Below, in pieces: positions 37,601-45,289 of a DNA stretch of 64,000 bases. The position numbers were made by a program, and so were the translations under genes. Source of the DNA: an uncultured virus (IMG/VR IMGVR_UViG_3300025848_000037) (taxonomy: Duplodnaviria > Heunggongvirae > Uroviricota > Caudoviricetes); the IMG/VR virus record IMGVR_UViG_3300025848_000037. One strand, written 5' to 3'. Positions within the stretch are counted from its first letter, which is position 1, and every line of letters begins with the position of its first letter. Below the pieces are notes generated by a model. That model saw only the letters and a program-made list of their open reading frames with translations. It was not told the DNA's origin and ran no database searches.

Positions 37601-38924
37601 GAAAACTAAGTGTGCCTGTTCCGGTAAAAGAAACTCCAGAACCGTTGGTCCAATTGCCATAAACAGCATTGGCATTAACTGCCACAGTCATAACTGTTGT
37701 TCTTGCCGACATATCAACCGTAGGCAGCCAACCAATAGCAGTATCCAAAGTCAGCGACAATCCCGCACTGCTGTTATTAACTACAGCGGTGTCTTGCGGC
37801 AATGGAAAATTATTGGTGTTTGGAGTCCCGCCCGAACTGGATGCCCATGCGTTGCCCGACCAACTGCCGCTTGATAAATTTAGATACACCGTCTTGGGCG
37901 CATCGAACGTGATGTTCCTACACTCGCCACGGTTGCCGATGCGCGTGCCGCTGATGGGGGCCGATGTGCCCCTGACATAGAGCCCCCGGAAGTCTGCGTC
38001 TGTCAGGCTGGGAGCGGAGTTGACTACGAGGTCAACAGAGATGCCGTAGGTTTCTGACGAAAAAAATACGCGCCGGTTGCCCGCCGTGCCAGTGGTGGAC
38101 AGGGTGCCGTTGATGGTTTGCTGAGAGTCAAAGGTGATTGTTTTTACCCCTGCGGCAGATGGTGCAGGGATAGTAATGTTATTAAATGTATTTGCGCCCC
38201 TTATTGACCACGTAGTTGAACTTGTGGTCGTAAAAGACAGGTTGTAATATGTAAATCCACCTCCAATAAAAAATGAAGATATTTGATTTGAGGTTATTAA
38301 AGAAGTTCCGGCATTGATGGTTAAATTAGTCCCAGATATGGTCCATATGCCGCTACTAACTCCTACACCAAATGTGATTGTGGATGCGTTAAAATTTATG
38401 GCTCTAACAGAGGAACCAGTGGAACTAAATGTCCCGCATGATATGTTGTAGTTTCCGGATGAGGATGTGTCAAAAGTGCCCGCAGCAACGGTTATTCCAA
38501 AGTTGCCGGTAGCTAATGTTAAAGCGCTCCCGAGTGTCCACCCGCCTCCGACACCGTTAAAGGTTATTGAAGTGCCAATGACGGTTCCGTTAGTTGTTAT
38601 CGTTCTACCAGTAGTGGTTGAACTAAACGTAATTCCACCCGTAGAACTCCACACCGTCCCGGCCAACAAGGACATGGAGCCACGAATGTTTAGCGTGGGA
38701 GATGTGCCCGTGGCAAAGGTAACAGTGCCTGCGGAGACGGTGATGTCCAGACACGCCAAAGCGCCCGTCATCGTGACGGTGTAGGTGCCTGCCTGATCAA
38801 AGAAGACGTTGTCCGCTACGGTAGGGACAGATGCGCCACTAGCTCCGCCAGAGGAAGCGGACCAGTTTGTTGTGCTGGTGGTGTTCCACGTCCCCGTGCC
38901 ACCTACCCAGTAACGGTTAGCCAT
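31638..38924 (-). CDS. 2428-aa repetitive fibre/adhesin-like virion protein
   Basis: Five ~340-aa Thr/Gly-rich modules starting YW/YL..W; ~20-aa E(S/T)ATGT(D/E) repeats; 11-aa Trp repeats at C-terminus. Confidence 0.75.
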   Translation of the reverse strand: MANRYWVGGTGTWNTTSTTNWSASSGGASGASVPTVADNVFFDQAGTYTVTMTGALACLDITVSAGTVTFATGTSPTLNIRGSMSLLAGTVWSSTGGITFSSTTTGRTITTNGTVIGTSITFNGVGGGWTLGSALTLATGNFGITVAAGTFDTSSSGNYNISCGTFSSTGSSVRAINFNASTITFGVGVSSGIWTISGTNLTINAGTSLITSNQISSFFIGGGFTYYNLSFTTTSSTTWSIRGANTFNNITIPAPSAAGVKTITFDSQQTINGTLSTTGTAGNRRVFFSSETYGISVDLVVNSAPSLTDADFRGLYVRGTSAPISGTRIGNRGECRNITFDAPKTVYLNLSSGSWSGNAWASSSGGTPNTNNFPLPQDTAVVNNSSAGLSLTLDTAIGWLPTVDMSARTTVMTVAVNANAVYGNWTNGSGVSFTGTGTLSFQGGGTQTITSAGRTFSCPITINTFGGTVQLADALSINAQNITINNGTFTTANYAVTAAAFSSNNTNVRTVNLGSSTVTLSTNGTSINFTGTNFTFNAGTSQILLTGAPTMVGGGLTFYNVSVTFTGASGTVPYISDQNTFNNLSISPRATDAIRFFYFFNNQTINGTLTCAGATPTRRIFLYSNTLGSQRTLTVNSLSATDCDFQDINLAGAAAGSSPTRAGDCGNNTGITFPAAKTVYWNLAGAQNWSATGWATSSGGSPAVNNFPLAQDTAVFDNTGSVTGTITIDQNWNIGTFDASNRTSAMTLSTSTNNPVVYGDWKFGTGVTSSSTTGTLVFSKNGTQTITSNGVQFGCPVTALHPSVTVQLADAISLNSARQLAVGSGATFDAVTYNVTAGSYSVALTGGTTKMGSGTWTLSGTGIVWNLSNGAPILIAGTSTIVLSDTSTTARTFASGALYYNKLTIGGATGTSTLTLTGASIFGELASTKTVAHTITMPSNTTTTVGKWSITGTAGNVVTLAPSTAATTYTLSIAGPANTGIDYLSISYCAVSTTSPGEFYVGVNSTNTAGNTRVIFTATPAPRTLYWVGGTGNWSDTARWSTSSGGGSGAAIPTSLDAVIFNSASNATAYTATVDAGVTIARCASFTMAGPAAGNVTFAGTVGIAFHGNVSFAATGITRTYTGAMTLAGNSTYTFTTNGVGFASATIFTVNGPFAAWTLGSALSQVQFVMVCGTFSTNNFALGVVGFGDSGSNIYTISLGSSTVTLGGGNLSFISNNRIFNANTSTILMNGSNQFVLGSNTYWNLTWVGGTPFQSCGFSGSNVFNNLTINNPFNPGIKPYSLGGNQTITTLALNAGTASAYRAFLASDTLGTARTLTVGTLTAGAADFDFRDITIAGAAAPISGTRLGDAKGNSGITFPAAKTVYWAVNSANWGATGNGSWTDVSGNPAVATQFPLPQDTAYIPFATPTSGSTITVNANYNIGTVEMSNRNGSALVTLATGTTTPTIYGNWINGTGTTLSGTQTLTFAGRGSQQLTSAGRTFTQLFAISTPGGSVTLQDALSINSNVTGQITLNSGTFDAATYNVTFVSTASYNAVVSSTTSTRTLAFGSGTWTVGGSPVSITSTTNLTVTGTATVNATGAAAKTFAGGGISYSGITLNQGGAGALTITGNNTFKTITNTYSATGATSIALGSTTTTLTDPWTATGAAGRVLTVSGSQANLVYTGAGVAASTVDYLSISSVRAYPLVDEWYAGANSTNGGTLGWYFVAAGGTVYAATITETGTGSDSILARAIFNSIISETGTGTDSISAALGGITYLGTIEELATGSDAVLARAIFRASLAESGTGTDTISARSAFGTAILESATIADTNLARLIARATLAETATITDANVGRISFPTVISETASGSDTDAASLTVNPAISETATGTDAVSARAIFLAAVAESGTITDLISAIKGYFVAILESATGTDTFSAKYTTLPSVSETAAITDANVGFISFPTTISETATGTDTDSAQYITRPSIAESATGTETVSTLYSTNPSVAESATGTETVSPRYIANPSIVESASITDAVAARYIALPSIFESASGSDIIVGGLRFIGVIAESATGTETVAARYITNPFIAETATGSDTDAARLSAAGIISETATGTEAITARATFKSDIAEYSSVVEIVRAFFTAAAQVSELATGTDQVSALRALAAAVAETATVTDSLSARAVFIGLLQEAATVQDAVNAPGSTYNILMQELAQAQDAITAQAIFPASLAETATGTETNSAAFIPLATITETATITDAASALQAFAASIFETSAAADSVLVAPSIFNAIAVASATALDNLNAPGSIYNVTIPESATLSDSVIGAFLWNLIDDSQPESWQNVLDAQSVTWSAINASQTAGWGEVDSAQATSWGNADSAQAPGWQDAQTSQTGTWNAVDDSQSVNWQNVVNEQPDGWNAVNASQTAGWGNTGNAQSGTWNNIDDDEDPDWVNIPTLN

Positions 38925-39104
38925 TTACACCCCCGGTTCAGGGGGCGATTCTACGGGGTTAACGATGGCGAGCCAGTTGTCGAAGCGCTGCTGTTTCAGC
39001 GCCTGAATCTCAGCGTCACTCAGCCCGTGATCCTTGGGCAAGTGAAGGGCGTCCCGAAAGACGCCGTACTGGGAGTCAAACTCGAAGTCGATCTTGACAG
39101 TCAT
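38925..39104 (-). CDS. Hypothetical protein (59 aa, not in ORF track)
   Basis: MTVKIDFEFDSQYGVFRDAL...; ATGA overlap upstream, abuts fibre start. Confidence 0.7.
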   Translation of the reverse strand: MTVKIDFEFDSQYGVFRDALHLPKDHGLSDAEIQALKQQRFDNWLAIVNPVESPPEPGV

Positions 39105-39658
39105 ACTAGTACATCCCTAAACGTTCGACCGTGGATGATGTTAAGCACGGTCTTCTTGCTAACCCCCAGTTTAGCCGCGAGGACGGTAGATGTCAGCATC
39201 GGGTAGTTCTCTTTCACGTACGCGGCATCTTCTGCGGTTAGCTTGGAGTTTGGACGCTCCGCAATTGGCGTGGTAACAGCCTGTTCCTCAGACATCCCGG
39301 ACTTGATCCTGTACAGAATGTTACTGGGGTTGCAGCCTAGCTCCTTTGCCCACTGCGCCAACGTCTGGGTCTTGCCGTTTGCCGTGATCCAGCGGTTATT
39401 GCGCTTGTTCCCGGCCTGCTCGCTGCGGGTGGCCCACTTGCAGTTCTCTGGAGAGTATGGACCGTGGTTGTTGATCCTCTCCAACGTCCCGCCTTCCGGG
39501 CGGGGGCCCATGTCTGCCAAGAATTGCCTGTACCCGGCAGAACCATGCCACCGTTGATCTACATAAATTCCACGTGCGCCATAGTTTGCATACGACTTCA
39601 CGTTTTTGTTATAGCAACGGTTATGCACGGCCCGCCACACATTTAAGACCAAGTCCAT
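39101..39658 (-). CDS. HNH-type homing endonuclease-like protein
   Basis: RC...SYANYGARGI, FLADMGPRP, LERINNHGPYSPENCKWA; GGAGG RBS. Confidence 0.85.
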   Translation of the reverse strand: MDLVLNVWRAVHNRCYNKNVKSYANYGARGIYVDQRWHGSAGYRQFLADMGPRPEGGTLERINNHGPYSPENCKWATRSEQAGNKRNNRWITANGKTQTLAQWAKELGCNPSNILYRIKSGMSEEQAVTTPIAERPNSKLTAEDAAYVKENYPMLTSTVLAAKLGVSKKTVLNIIHGRTFRDVLV

Positions 39659-39697
39659 AAAACACCTCCATTTAATTGAAGGTGTATTCTACATCAA

Positions 39698-40273
39698 TTA
39701 GCCTGCAAGTGAAAACGAGTACGTGACATTAAGTGTATCACCGGAGACTACACTTCTATCGCCGGGGGACTGGAAGTCAGCGGCAGAGAACAGAGTACCC
39801 GTCGAGCCACCAGCGGTGCTGTTGCTCACCAAGAAGGCTCCGCCCACAGTCTGCGTGGCGTTGATGGAGAACGAGGCCGGGGAGGCGCTGTTGGTCACCA
39901 CCGAGGGGTTGGCGTTGGTGGCCGCAGCAAAGGTAGCCGTGGGACGCGCACCAGCGTACGGGGTGACTTCAGTCCAGCCACCGTGAGAAGACATGGTGTC
40001 GCTAGCATTCGGCGTATTGGAAGCACCTGCGCCGTACAGGCCGATGTACCAAGTGGTGATTTGGGCAGTGCTGGTCAGGGCAGTGCCAGCCATGTACTGA
40101 AGACCGACGTTCACAACGAGGTTGCTCTCTTCGGCGGACCACTTGAGTAGGCCGTCCTTGTCGTAGCATTCCATCAGGAACCGGCCCGTGGCCTTGGCAG
40201 TTTCAGTGTGACGGGTACCAGCAACCAGGCCGCCAGCAACGGCGTCGGAGGCTTTAGCAATTTCGTGAGACAT
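39698..40273 (-). CDS. Virion structural protein
   Basis: NLVVNVG...WYIGL...GDTLNVTY; AAGGA RBS. Confidence 0.65.
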   Translation of the reverse strand: MSHEIAKASDAVAGGLVAGTRHTETAKATGRFLMECYDKDGLLKWSAEESNLVVNVGLQYMAGTALTSTAQITTWYIGLYGAGASNTPNASDTMSSHGGWTEVTPYAGARPTATFAAATNANPSVVTNSASPASFSINATQTVGGAFLVSNSTAGGSTGTLFSAADFQSPGDRSVVSGDTLNVTYSFSLAG

Positions 40274-40282
40274 GATGGTTCC

Positions 40283-40693
40283 TTACGATGTACGAATAAG
40301 CGCGGTGGTCGGCGAGTTTGCAGGCATTGTAATTTTAAAACTGGTCGATGTTTTATCGGACCCAAAGTCCAATACAGCAACCGACCTATTAGCTTTGCTA
40401 GCGTTGTAAATCAACGCGCACCTGGCCGTCACTGCAGCCCCAAAGTTGGCGTCATTGAAGTTTACGTATGCAGTGTATCCGCTGGAGTTGACCGTGACCC
40501 CAGTGAGCTGGATGCCGCCCGCGGTGTACCCAGTACCAACGACTTCGTTGGTCGTGCTGTAGGCCAGGGTATCGGCGTTCAAATTTGCGTTGGCCGTGAA
40601 CAGCGCAATCTTGATCGTGTCCACGAGCAAGTTGTGGATGCCCTGGTACAGCTCCGCCTTGAAGCTGGTGGTCTGAGTCTGGACAATGCTCAT
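40283..40693 (-). CDS. Virion structural protein
   Basis: TSFKAEL..., GYTAGG, AVLDFGSDK. Confidence 0.65.
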   Translation of the reverse strand: MSIVQTQTTSFKAELYQGIHNLLVDTIKIALFTANANLNADTLAYSTTNEVVGTGYTAGGIQLTGVTVNSSGYTAYVNFNDANFGAAVTARCALIYNASKANRSVAVLDFGSDKTSTSFKITMPANSPTTALIRTS

Positions 40694-41367
40694 ATGACGG
40701 GATTCCTAACCTGCCCATCGCGGTAGGCATCCATGCGCTGTTTGCCGTCACCTAGGTTCTTCAGCAGCATCATCGACTTGGCGTATTCCTCTTGATAAAG
40801 CTTCACCAGGTCAGGCTCACCCTTCATAAATCGAATGGCCTCGACCAGCGTGCCGTTAAGCAGCGCCGACTCAAAGTTTTCGCCCAACCAAGTTGTATAC
40901 CCGCTAGCCGGATCGGTGATTGAAGTTGGGTAGTAGTAGAAGTGAAGCTCTACTTCATACGCAATATCTGGCGTCGGCCCAAGAATGAACGACAGCTCAT
41001 TCGTGATAGTCGCGCCATTGGTTGTCGGGCCAAAGATGGCGTAATGCACGGGCTTTCCCGTATCAGTCGTTGGGTTTGGATATGCCTCTCGAATGAAGTT
41101 CACGTCCTTGTTTATCAGGTACGTGTACGAACCATCCGTGTCAATCACCGCCAACGAATACACCGATAGGAAATCGCCTGGCGATGACAGGTACTTATTC
41201 CCCGCAGACAACGTGCCAGTCATGTTCCGACGCAGGTTTGCCAGCTGAACAGAGTTGTAAATGTTCTGTTCGGCAACCCTGATCATCGTGTTCATGTCTG
41301 TTGTGGGAAACGTGTTCTCACAATAGTCCTGAACAGCAGTGACAAGTTGACTGTAGGTCAGTGCCAT
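40690..41367 (-). CDS. Head-tail adaptor-like protein
   Basis: TYSQLVTAVQDY..., LGPTPD..YEVELHFY. Confidence 0.6.
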   Translation of the reverse strand: MALTYSQLVTAVQDYCENTFPTTDMNTMIRVAEQNIYNSVQLANLRRNMTGTLSAGNKYLSSPGDFLSVYSLAVIDTDGSYTYLINKDVNFIREAYPNPTTDTGKPVHYAIFGPTTNGATITNELSFILGPTPDIAYEVELHFYYYPTSITDPASGYTTWLGENFESALLNGTLVEAIRFMKGEPDLVKLYQEEYAKSMMLLKNLGDGKQRMDAYRDGQVRNPVI

Positions 41368-41377
41368 GGCTATACCC

Positions 41378-41650
41378 TCACGCCATCGGGCCGCGAGACA
41401 TCACGCCTTTAGTGGCCGCGCCAGTGCCGCGCATCTTGATACCCGACGTTTTTACTTCACGGCCAAGTCCATACGCAACGCCAGTGGGAACTGGATCAGT
41501 AATGTCGGCATCTTTGACTGATTTTTCATTGACGTACGGCTTTTTCGGGGTTTGCCCAGAAACCGGCTTGCCAGTCATGGTGTGCGGCGGGGCGTACACA
41601 ACGGCAGCGCCAACCTCTTTGCCCATCATCTTGTGACTATATTTGGCCAT
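41378..41650 (-). CDS. Small basic protein
   Basis: K/G/M-rich; RGTGAATKG motif. Confidence 0.7.
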   Translation of the reverse strand: MAKYSHKMMGKEVGAAVVYAPPHTMTGKPVSGQTPKKPYVNEKSVKDADITDPVPTGVAYGLGREVKTSGIKMRGTGAATKGVMSRGPMA

Positions 41651-41652
41651 AA

Positions 41653-41841
41653 TTAGCCTCGCTTTTGGTTGTTGGCGCGGGCCATATTGCGACCAACCGC
41701 CTTCATGGCTTTGTTCAGGTTGGAACTGTGGCCGCCCTTACCTTCGGTTTTAGGCGTTACGTTCTTACCGTCATTGGCCATGACATCGACATGCGTCTTG
41801 CCACGTTTGGCCACGCCGTCAGCGCCAGATTTATAACCCAT
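41653..41841 (-). CDS. Small basic protein
   Basis: AGGAG RBS; ADGVAKRGKT. Confidence 0.7.
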   Translation of the reverse strand: MGYKSGADGVAKRGKTHVDVMANDGKNVTPKTEGKGGHSSNLNKAMKAVGRNMARANNQKRG

Positions 41842-41853
41842 GATGAACTCCTT

Positions 41854-42237
41854 TTACGATACTGTAACTGTACCAACTTCTGCTGCGCCGACCAAATAAT
41901 TTGGAGTCAGTGCAACATCAAACTGCTGTGCCCCGCCAACCGGGTTCCAGCCCCATTGCGTGTCCCTGGAGCCCCCCGTTGGCACTCCTGCGGTATTCAC
42001 CCCAGCCGTCACGTACGACACGTCTGGACGCGGCTCTCGCACCGCCTGGGGGTCTTGCACCGGGTACAACCCCAACGAAAGCTGCGGTTGATCAGGATCC
42101 CAGCAAGTCGGGCAAACCTTGATCTGGTACAGCTTCGTTTTGATGATCTCTTTTTTGAGTTCGCTGAGCTTGTACCGCTGACCACACCGGTCGCATTCCG
42201 CGATTGCGTATTTGCCAGATGCAAACTGGGTGGCCAT
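41854..42237 (-). CDS. Zn-finger virion-associated protein
   Basis: CDRC...CPTC, DPQAVREPRPD. Confidence 0.7.
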   Translation of the reverse strand: MATQFASGKYAIAECDRCGQRYKLSELKKEIIKTKLYQIKVCPTCWDPDQPQLSLGLYPVQDPQAVREPRPDVSYVTAGVNTAGVPTGGSRDTQWGWNPVGGAQQFDVALTPNYLVGAAEVGTVTVS

Positions 42238-42239
42238 GA

Positions 42240-43154
42240 TTAATAGAACATCTGCCGCGGCGCCAGGCGCAGCGAGGCTTTTTCACGGTCCTCAGACGAT
42301 GCGTATTCCCACTGCTCATCGTAAACCTGCTTGAGCATTGGAACCCGATTAACCGCCTCAGGAATCTTCATTGATAGATGGTAGGCCAGGCCAGAGGTCA
42401 GCGCCGGCACCAGTCGGAACGGCACGTCTTGAGTCTGTACACCGTTGCCAGCATCTTGCAGCCGGCGCATCCGCCAGTACACAAATGTGTAGCCGCCACC
42501 AGCGTTAGCCGTTGGCCAGACATTGATGTTGGGAATGTAGGTCACATACACCTGAGCGCCCGCGGAATGACCTGCAGCCGTGGTGTTTGACTGGCCTCGA
42601 ACGCAGTTCTGCAGCACGTTACCAAGTACGTTGGTATATCCAATAATTTCAGTGCCAATCTTGACGTACCCGGAAGACGCCAGATTAGCTGTACTCGTAA
42701 CCGTGATCGTGGTATCCGTGGACAGCGCCGTTACCGCAACCGTTGTTGTCGGTGTTCTGTTGGTGTTCCCTGACTGGCGATTTACCCAAACTTGGATCGG
42801 GCGTCCCTGAGCTAGCTTGTTTGGAATCTGCGAATACGTGGTCTCAGAAATCCGGGTAATGTTGATGTCAATCTGGTTCGTTCCCGTGCCCGTGCGCACG
42901 ACATGATCCAGTAGATCAATCGTGTCCAGCGGCAGGGTGTACGAAACCTGGCCCGTGTTCATCGGGATTTCTCCCTGCTCGATGGTCCACAGGTTAATCC
43001 CCCGGTTGGCCCATTCAATCGTTAGCAGGTTCAGGCTGCGTCGGGCGGTGCGCAACTGGTAACCAGTACGCATTTCGACGCCGCAACGCTCATACGCCTC
43101 CTCGGCGATTTCCTGGAACTGCAGATCAAATGCGGTCGTCCCGGAGGTTGTCAT
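42240..43154 (-). CDS. Head-tail connector / tail tubular-like protein
   Basis: IAEEAYERCG..ARRSLNLL..EWANRG; podovirus position. Confidence 0.6.
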   Translation of the reverse strand: MTTSGTTAFDLQFQEIAEEAYERCGVEMRTGYQLRTARRSLNLLTIEWANRGINLWTIEQGEIPMNTGQVSYTLPLDTIDLLDHVVRTGTGTNQIDINITRISETTYSQIPNKLAQGRPIQVWVNRQSGNTNRTPTTTVAVTALSTDTTITVTSTANLASSGYVKIGTEIIGYTNVLGNVLQNCVRGQSNTTAAGHSAGAQVYVTYIPNINVWPTANAGGGYTFVYWRMRRLQDAGNGVQTQDVPFRLVPALTSGLAYHLSMKIPEAVNRVPMLKQVYDEQWEYASSEDREKASLRLAPRQMFY

Positions 43155-43156
43155 CT

Positions 43157-43351
43157 TTAGGCCTCGCTGGGTTGCTCAGCAGCTTCTTCTGGAACTTGTT
43201 CCACAGGCTCAGCAATCACCACTGGAACTTGTTCCACCGGGATGGTCAGCTCATCAATCAAATCAAGAATGGCGGGGTTGACTTGCCCCAAGCCAGCCAA
43301 TTGCTGGGCAGCAGCCATTTGGGCGCACATCAGTACGGTATCGAGGTTCAT
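43157..43351 (-). CDS. Small acidic protein containing two palindrome copies
   Basis: AAGGA RBS; PVEQVP twice. Confidence 0.55.
   Translation of the reverse strand: MNLDTVLMCAQMAAAQQLAGLGQVNPAILDLIDELTIPVEQVPVVIAEPVEQVPEEAAEQPSEA
43190..43236. repeat. Two palindrome copies (43190-43203, 43223-43236)
   Basis: Exact matches with starts 33 bp apart. Confidence 0.8.
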
Positions 43352-43370
43352 TTTGGTTCCTTAGGTTTCG

Positions 43371-43619
43371 TCACTTTTTGGCGGTTTTTGCCGACTGAAT
43401 AAAAGCATCAGCCGTTGGCGCCCCTTTGCTGCCAGGCTTGCGCATTTTTTCACCAGACCCTGCAGCGATTCTTTTACGCTTTGCATTGATGTTGGCATAC
43501 AGACCTACCTCTCCGCCTTCGGCGTATTGAGTGAAATCGGTGTTGTCCCGGCGAGCTTTGCGTTTCCCGCTTGGCATTTTGCTGGGCATGATTGCCCCCA
43601 TTCCACGGCTGGCCATCAT
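43371..43619 (-). CDS. Small basic protein
   Basis: YAEGG, GLYANINAKRKRI. Confidence 0.7.
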   Translation of the reverse strand: MMASRGMGAIMPSKMPSGKRKARRDNTDFTQYAEGGEVGLYANINAKRKRIAAGSGEKMRKPGSKGAPTADAFIQSAKTAKK

Positions 43620-43621
43620 GG

Positions 43622-44212
43622 TTACACCATCTTTCCACGAGTTTTGCCACGCGAGGCAATACCGTCCGCACGCTTGGATGCGGAGTTTACTTTGCCGCCC
43701 TTTTTGTACGAGGGCGAAGGACCACCACGATATTCTGGTTCAGGCTCATCCCTCTTGGCTGCTTTTTCAGATGCAATTTGCGCATCAACTCTACGCCCAA
43801 TTGAGATGTCGTCTTCGTCTTTCAGCATCCGCTCGACGGCCCGTTCACGCGGGGAGTTCCGGCTTGCAGCATCAACCATTTTGTCGCTGATGCCATAACG
43901 TTTGTTAAGTTTATCGCCAGCCAACATGCCAAGCCCCAGTGCAACATCAGCACCACCAGCTCGAATCCCTGTCCGAATCATTGATCGGCCACCAGCATCT
44001 CGGGTTGATAGATTTCCGCGAGGCGAATTGCGCCGTGCTTCTGTTTGAGCAGGGGTTTCGTCTGTCGAGAACGCCCTGCCAATACGCCGCATATCAGCGC
44101 CTTGCGATGCCATGACATCTTCCCGCAAATTGGGCATCAAGTCATTGGCATTGGTTTGCCCGGGTGACCGATAGTCGTATCCAGGTTTGGCAGGTCTGTT
44201 CAAACGTCCCAT
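43622..44212 (-). CDS. Basic protein
   Basis: AAGGAG RBS; YKKGG...RADGIASRGKTRGKMV. Confidence 0.75.
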   Translation of the reverse strand: MGRLNRPAKPGYDYRSPGQTNANDLMPNLREDVMASQGADMRRIGRAFSTDETPAQTEARRNSPRGNLSTRDAGGRSMIRTGIRAGGADVALGLGMLAGDKLNKRYGISDKMVDAASRNSPRERAVERMLKDEDDISIGRRVDAQIASEKAAKRDEPEPEYRGGPSPSYKKGGKVNSASKRADGIASRGKTRGKMV

Positions 44213-44222
44213 GATCTGCTCC

Positions 44223-44423
44223 TTACATCATTTTGCCGCGGGTCTTTCCCCGCTGGGCACAGCCGTCAGCGGCGCGAACATAACCACCCTTGGCCATAGG
44301 CTTGGGCTTGCGAGGTGCAGAGCCGCCGTCAATATCCTGCGGTGGCGGGAGGCCAGAATCCTCCGTATAGATGCCGCCTTTGATACCCCGTGGTTTCTTT
44401 TTTGCTTGAGATTCGCCGTACAT
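44223..44423 (-). CDS. Small basic protein
   Basis: MAKGG...AADGCAQRGKTRGKMM. Confidence 0.7.
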   Translation of the reverse strand: MYGESQAKKKPRGIKGGIYTEDSGLPPPQDIDGGSAPRKPKPMAKGGYVRAADGCAQRGKTRGKMM

Positions 44424-44432
44424 GATAGTTCC

Positions 44433-44852
44433 TTAGCACATTCCGCCGCGCATCATTTTGACCATAGTGCCTTTGGTTTTGCCCTTGGAAGCAACACCAT
44501 CTGCAGCTTTAACGTAACCGCCACCCTTCATCCCGGCATGAGCCTTGGATGCAGGCATAGCTGCATGAGCCTTGAGCGAGGTGGCAACGCCGCCTTTTTT
44601 GTAACCCTTGGCTTCTGCCATTTCATGTTTGATCATGGACTTAGGAGCACCAGCTTTTTTCATAAAGCTGACCTCCTTTTTCATCATTGCTTTGGACTCT
44701 TTCATATCGCCACCTTTTGCAAATGTGCGGCCCTTGTCCGCGTTGATAAAGTCTTTGCCCACGCTGGTGGGAACCCCGGCCTTCTTCGCAAACTCGGGGT
44801 TGTTAGCCACCGCGGCCATAAAGTTGTGCTGTTTTTTGGATGTACTTGGCAT
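44433..44852 (-). CDS. Small basic protein
   Basis: Start at MPSTSKKQ; FAKGG, YKKGG, AADGVASKGKTKG. Confidence 0.75.
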   Translation of the reverse strand: MPSTSKKQHNFMAAVANNPEFAKKAGVPTSVGKDFINADKGRTFAKGGDMKESKAMMKKEVSFMKKAGAPKSMIKHEMAEAKGYKKGGVATSLKAHAAMPASKAHAGMKGGGYVKAADGVASKGKTKGTMVKMMRGGMC

Positions 44853-44853
44853 A

Positions 44854-45042
44854 TCAGGTCTTGATGATCCAGCCTTTACCAAACACATAGCCAACCACCA
44901 GCATGCCGATCCAGATCAGGATCTTCTCTACGATGGTCTTGCCCACCTTTTTGTAGAACTCCCCGGAGAGTTCTTCAAGGGCGAGCTTGGCCGCTTCCTT
45001 GGCAATCAGGCGTTCGCGGTCAGTCAGTTCAATGTCTGCCAT
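44854..45042 (-). CDS. Small membrane protein
   Basis: C-terminal TM. Confidence 0.65.
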   Translation of the reverse strand: MADIELTDRERLIAKEAAKLALEELSGEFYKKVGKTIVEKILIWIGMLVVGYVFGKGWIIKT

Positions 45043-45043
45043 G

Positions 45044-45289
45044 TCAGCACTTCCAAGCTCGCAGGCTTTTATTGATCCGGCTATTGGGGTCGTTCGCGGT
45101 CTTTTCCGACGTTAGCTTTTTCTTCATGCCAGTCATCCTGGCGCAAAAAGAGTCGCGGCGTTTGCCGCCTTCGGGCTGGGGCGGTTTCAAGTTCATGCCT
45201 TGGGCCTTCGCAGAGGCGCGACCCTTGGCGTTCAAGCCACCCTTTTCCGACTTGCCCTCTTTCCTTTGCCATGCTGGTGACTTAGCCAT
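45044..45289 (-). CDS. Small basic protein
   Basis: AWQRKEGK..GGLNAKG...RRDSFCARM...SLRAWKC. Confidence 0.75.
   Translation of the reverse strand: MAKSPAWQRKEGKSEKGGLNAKGRASAKAQGMNLKPPQPEGGKRRDSFCARMTGMKKKLTSEKTANDPNSRINKSLRAWKC

Noticed and set aside
31638..38924. Diversity-generating retroelement or invertible tail cassette
   Set aside because: No reverse transcriptase or invertase in the window and no template/variable repeat pair seen
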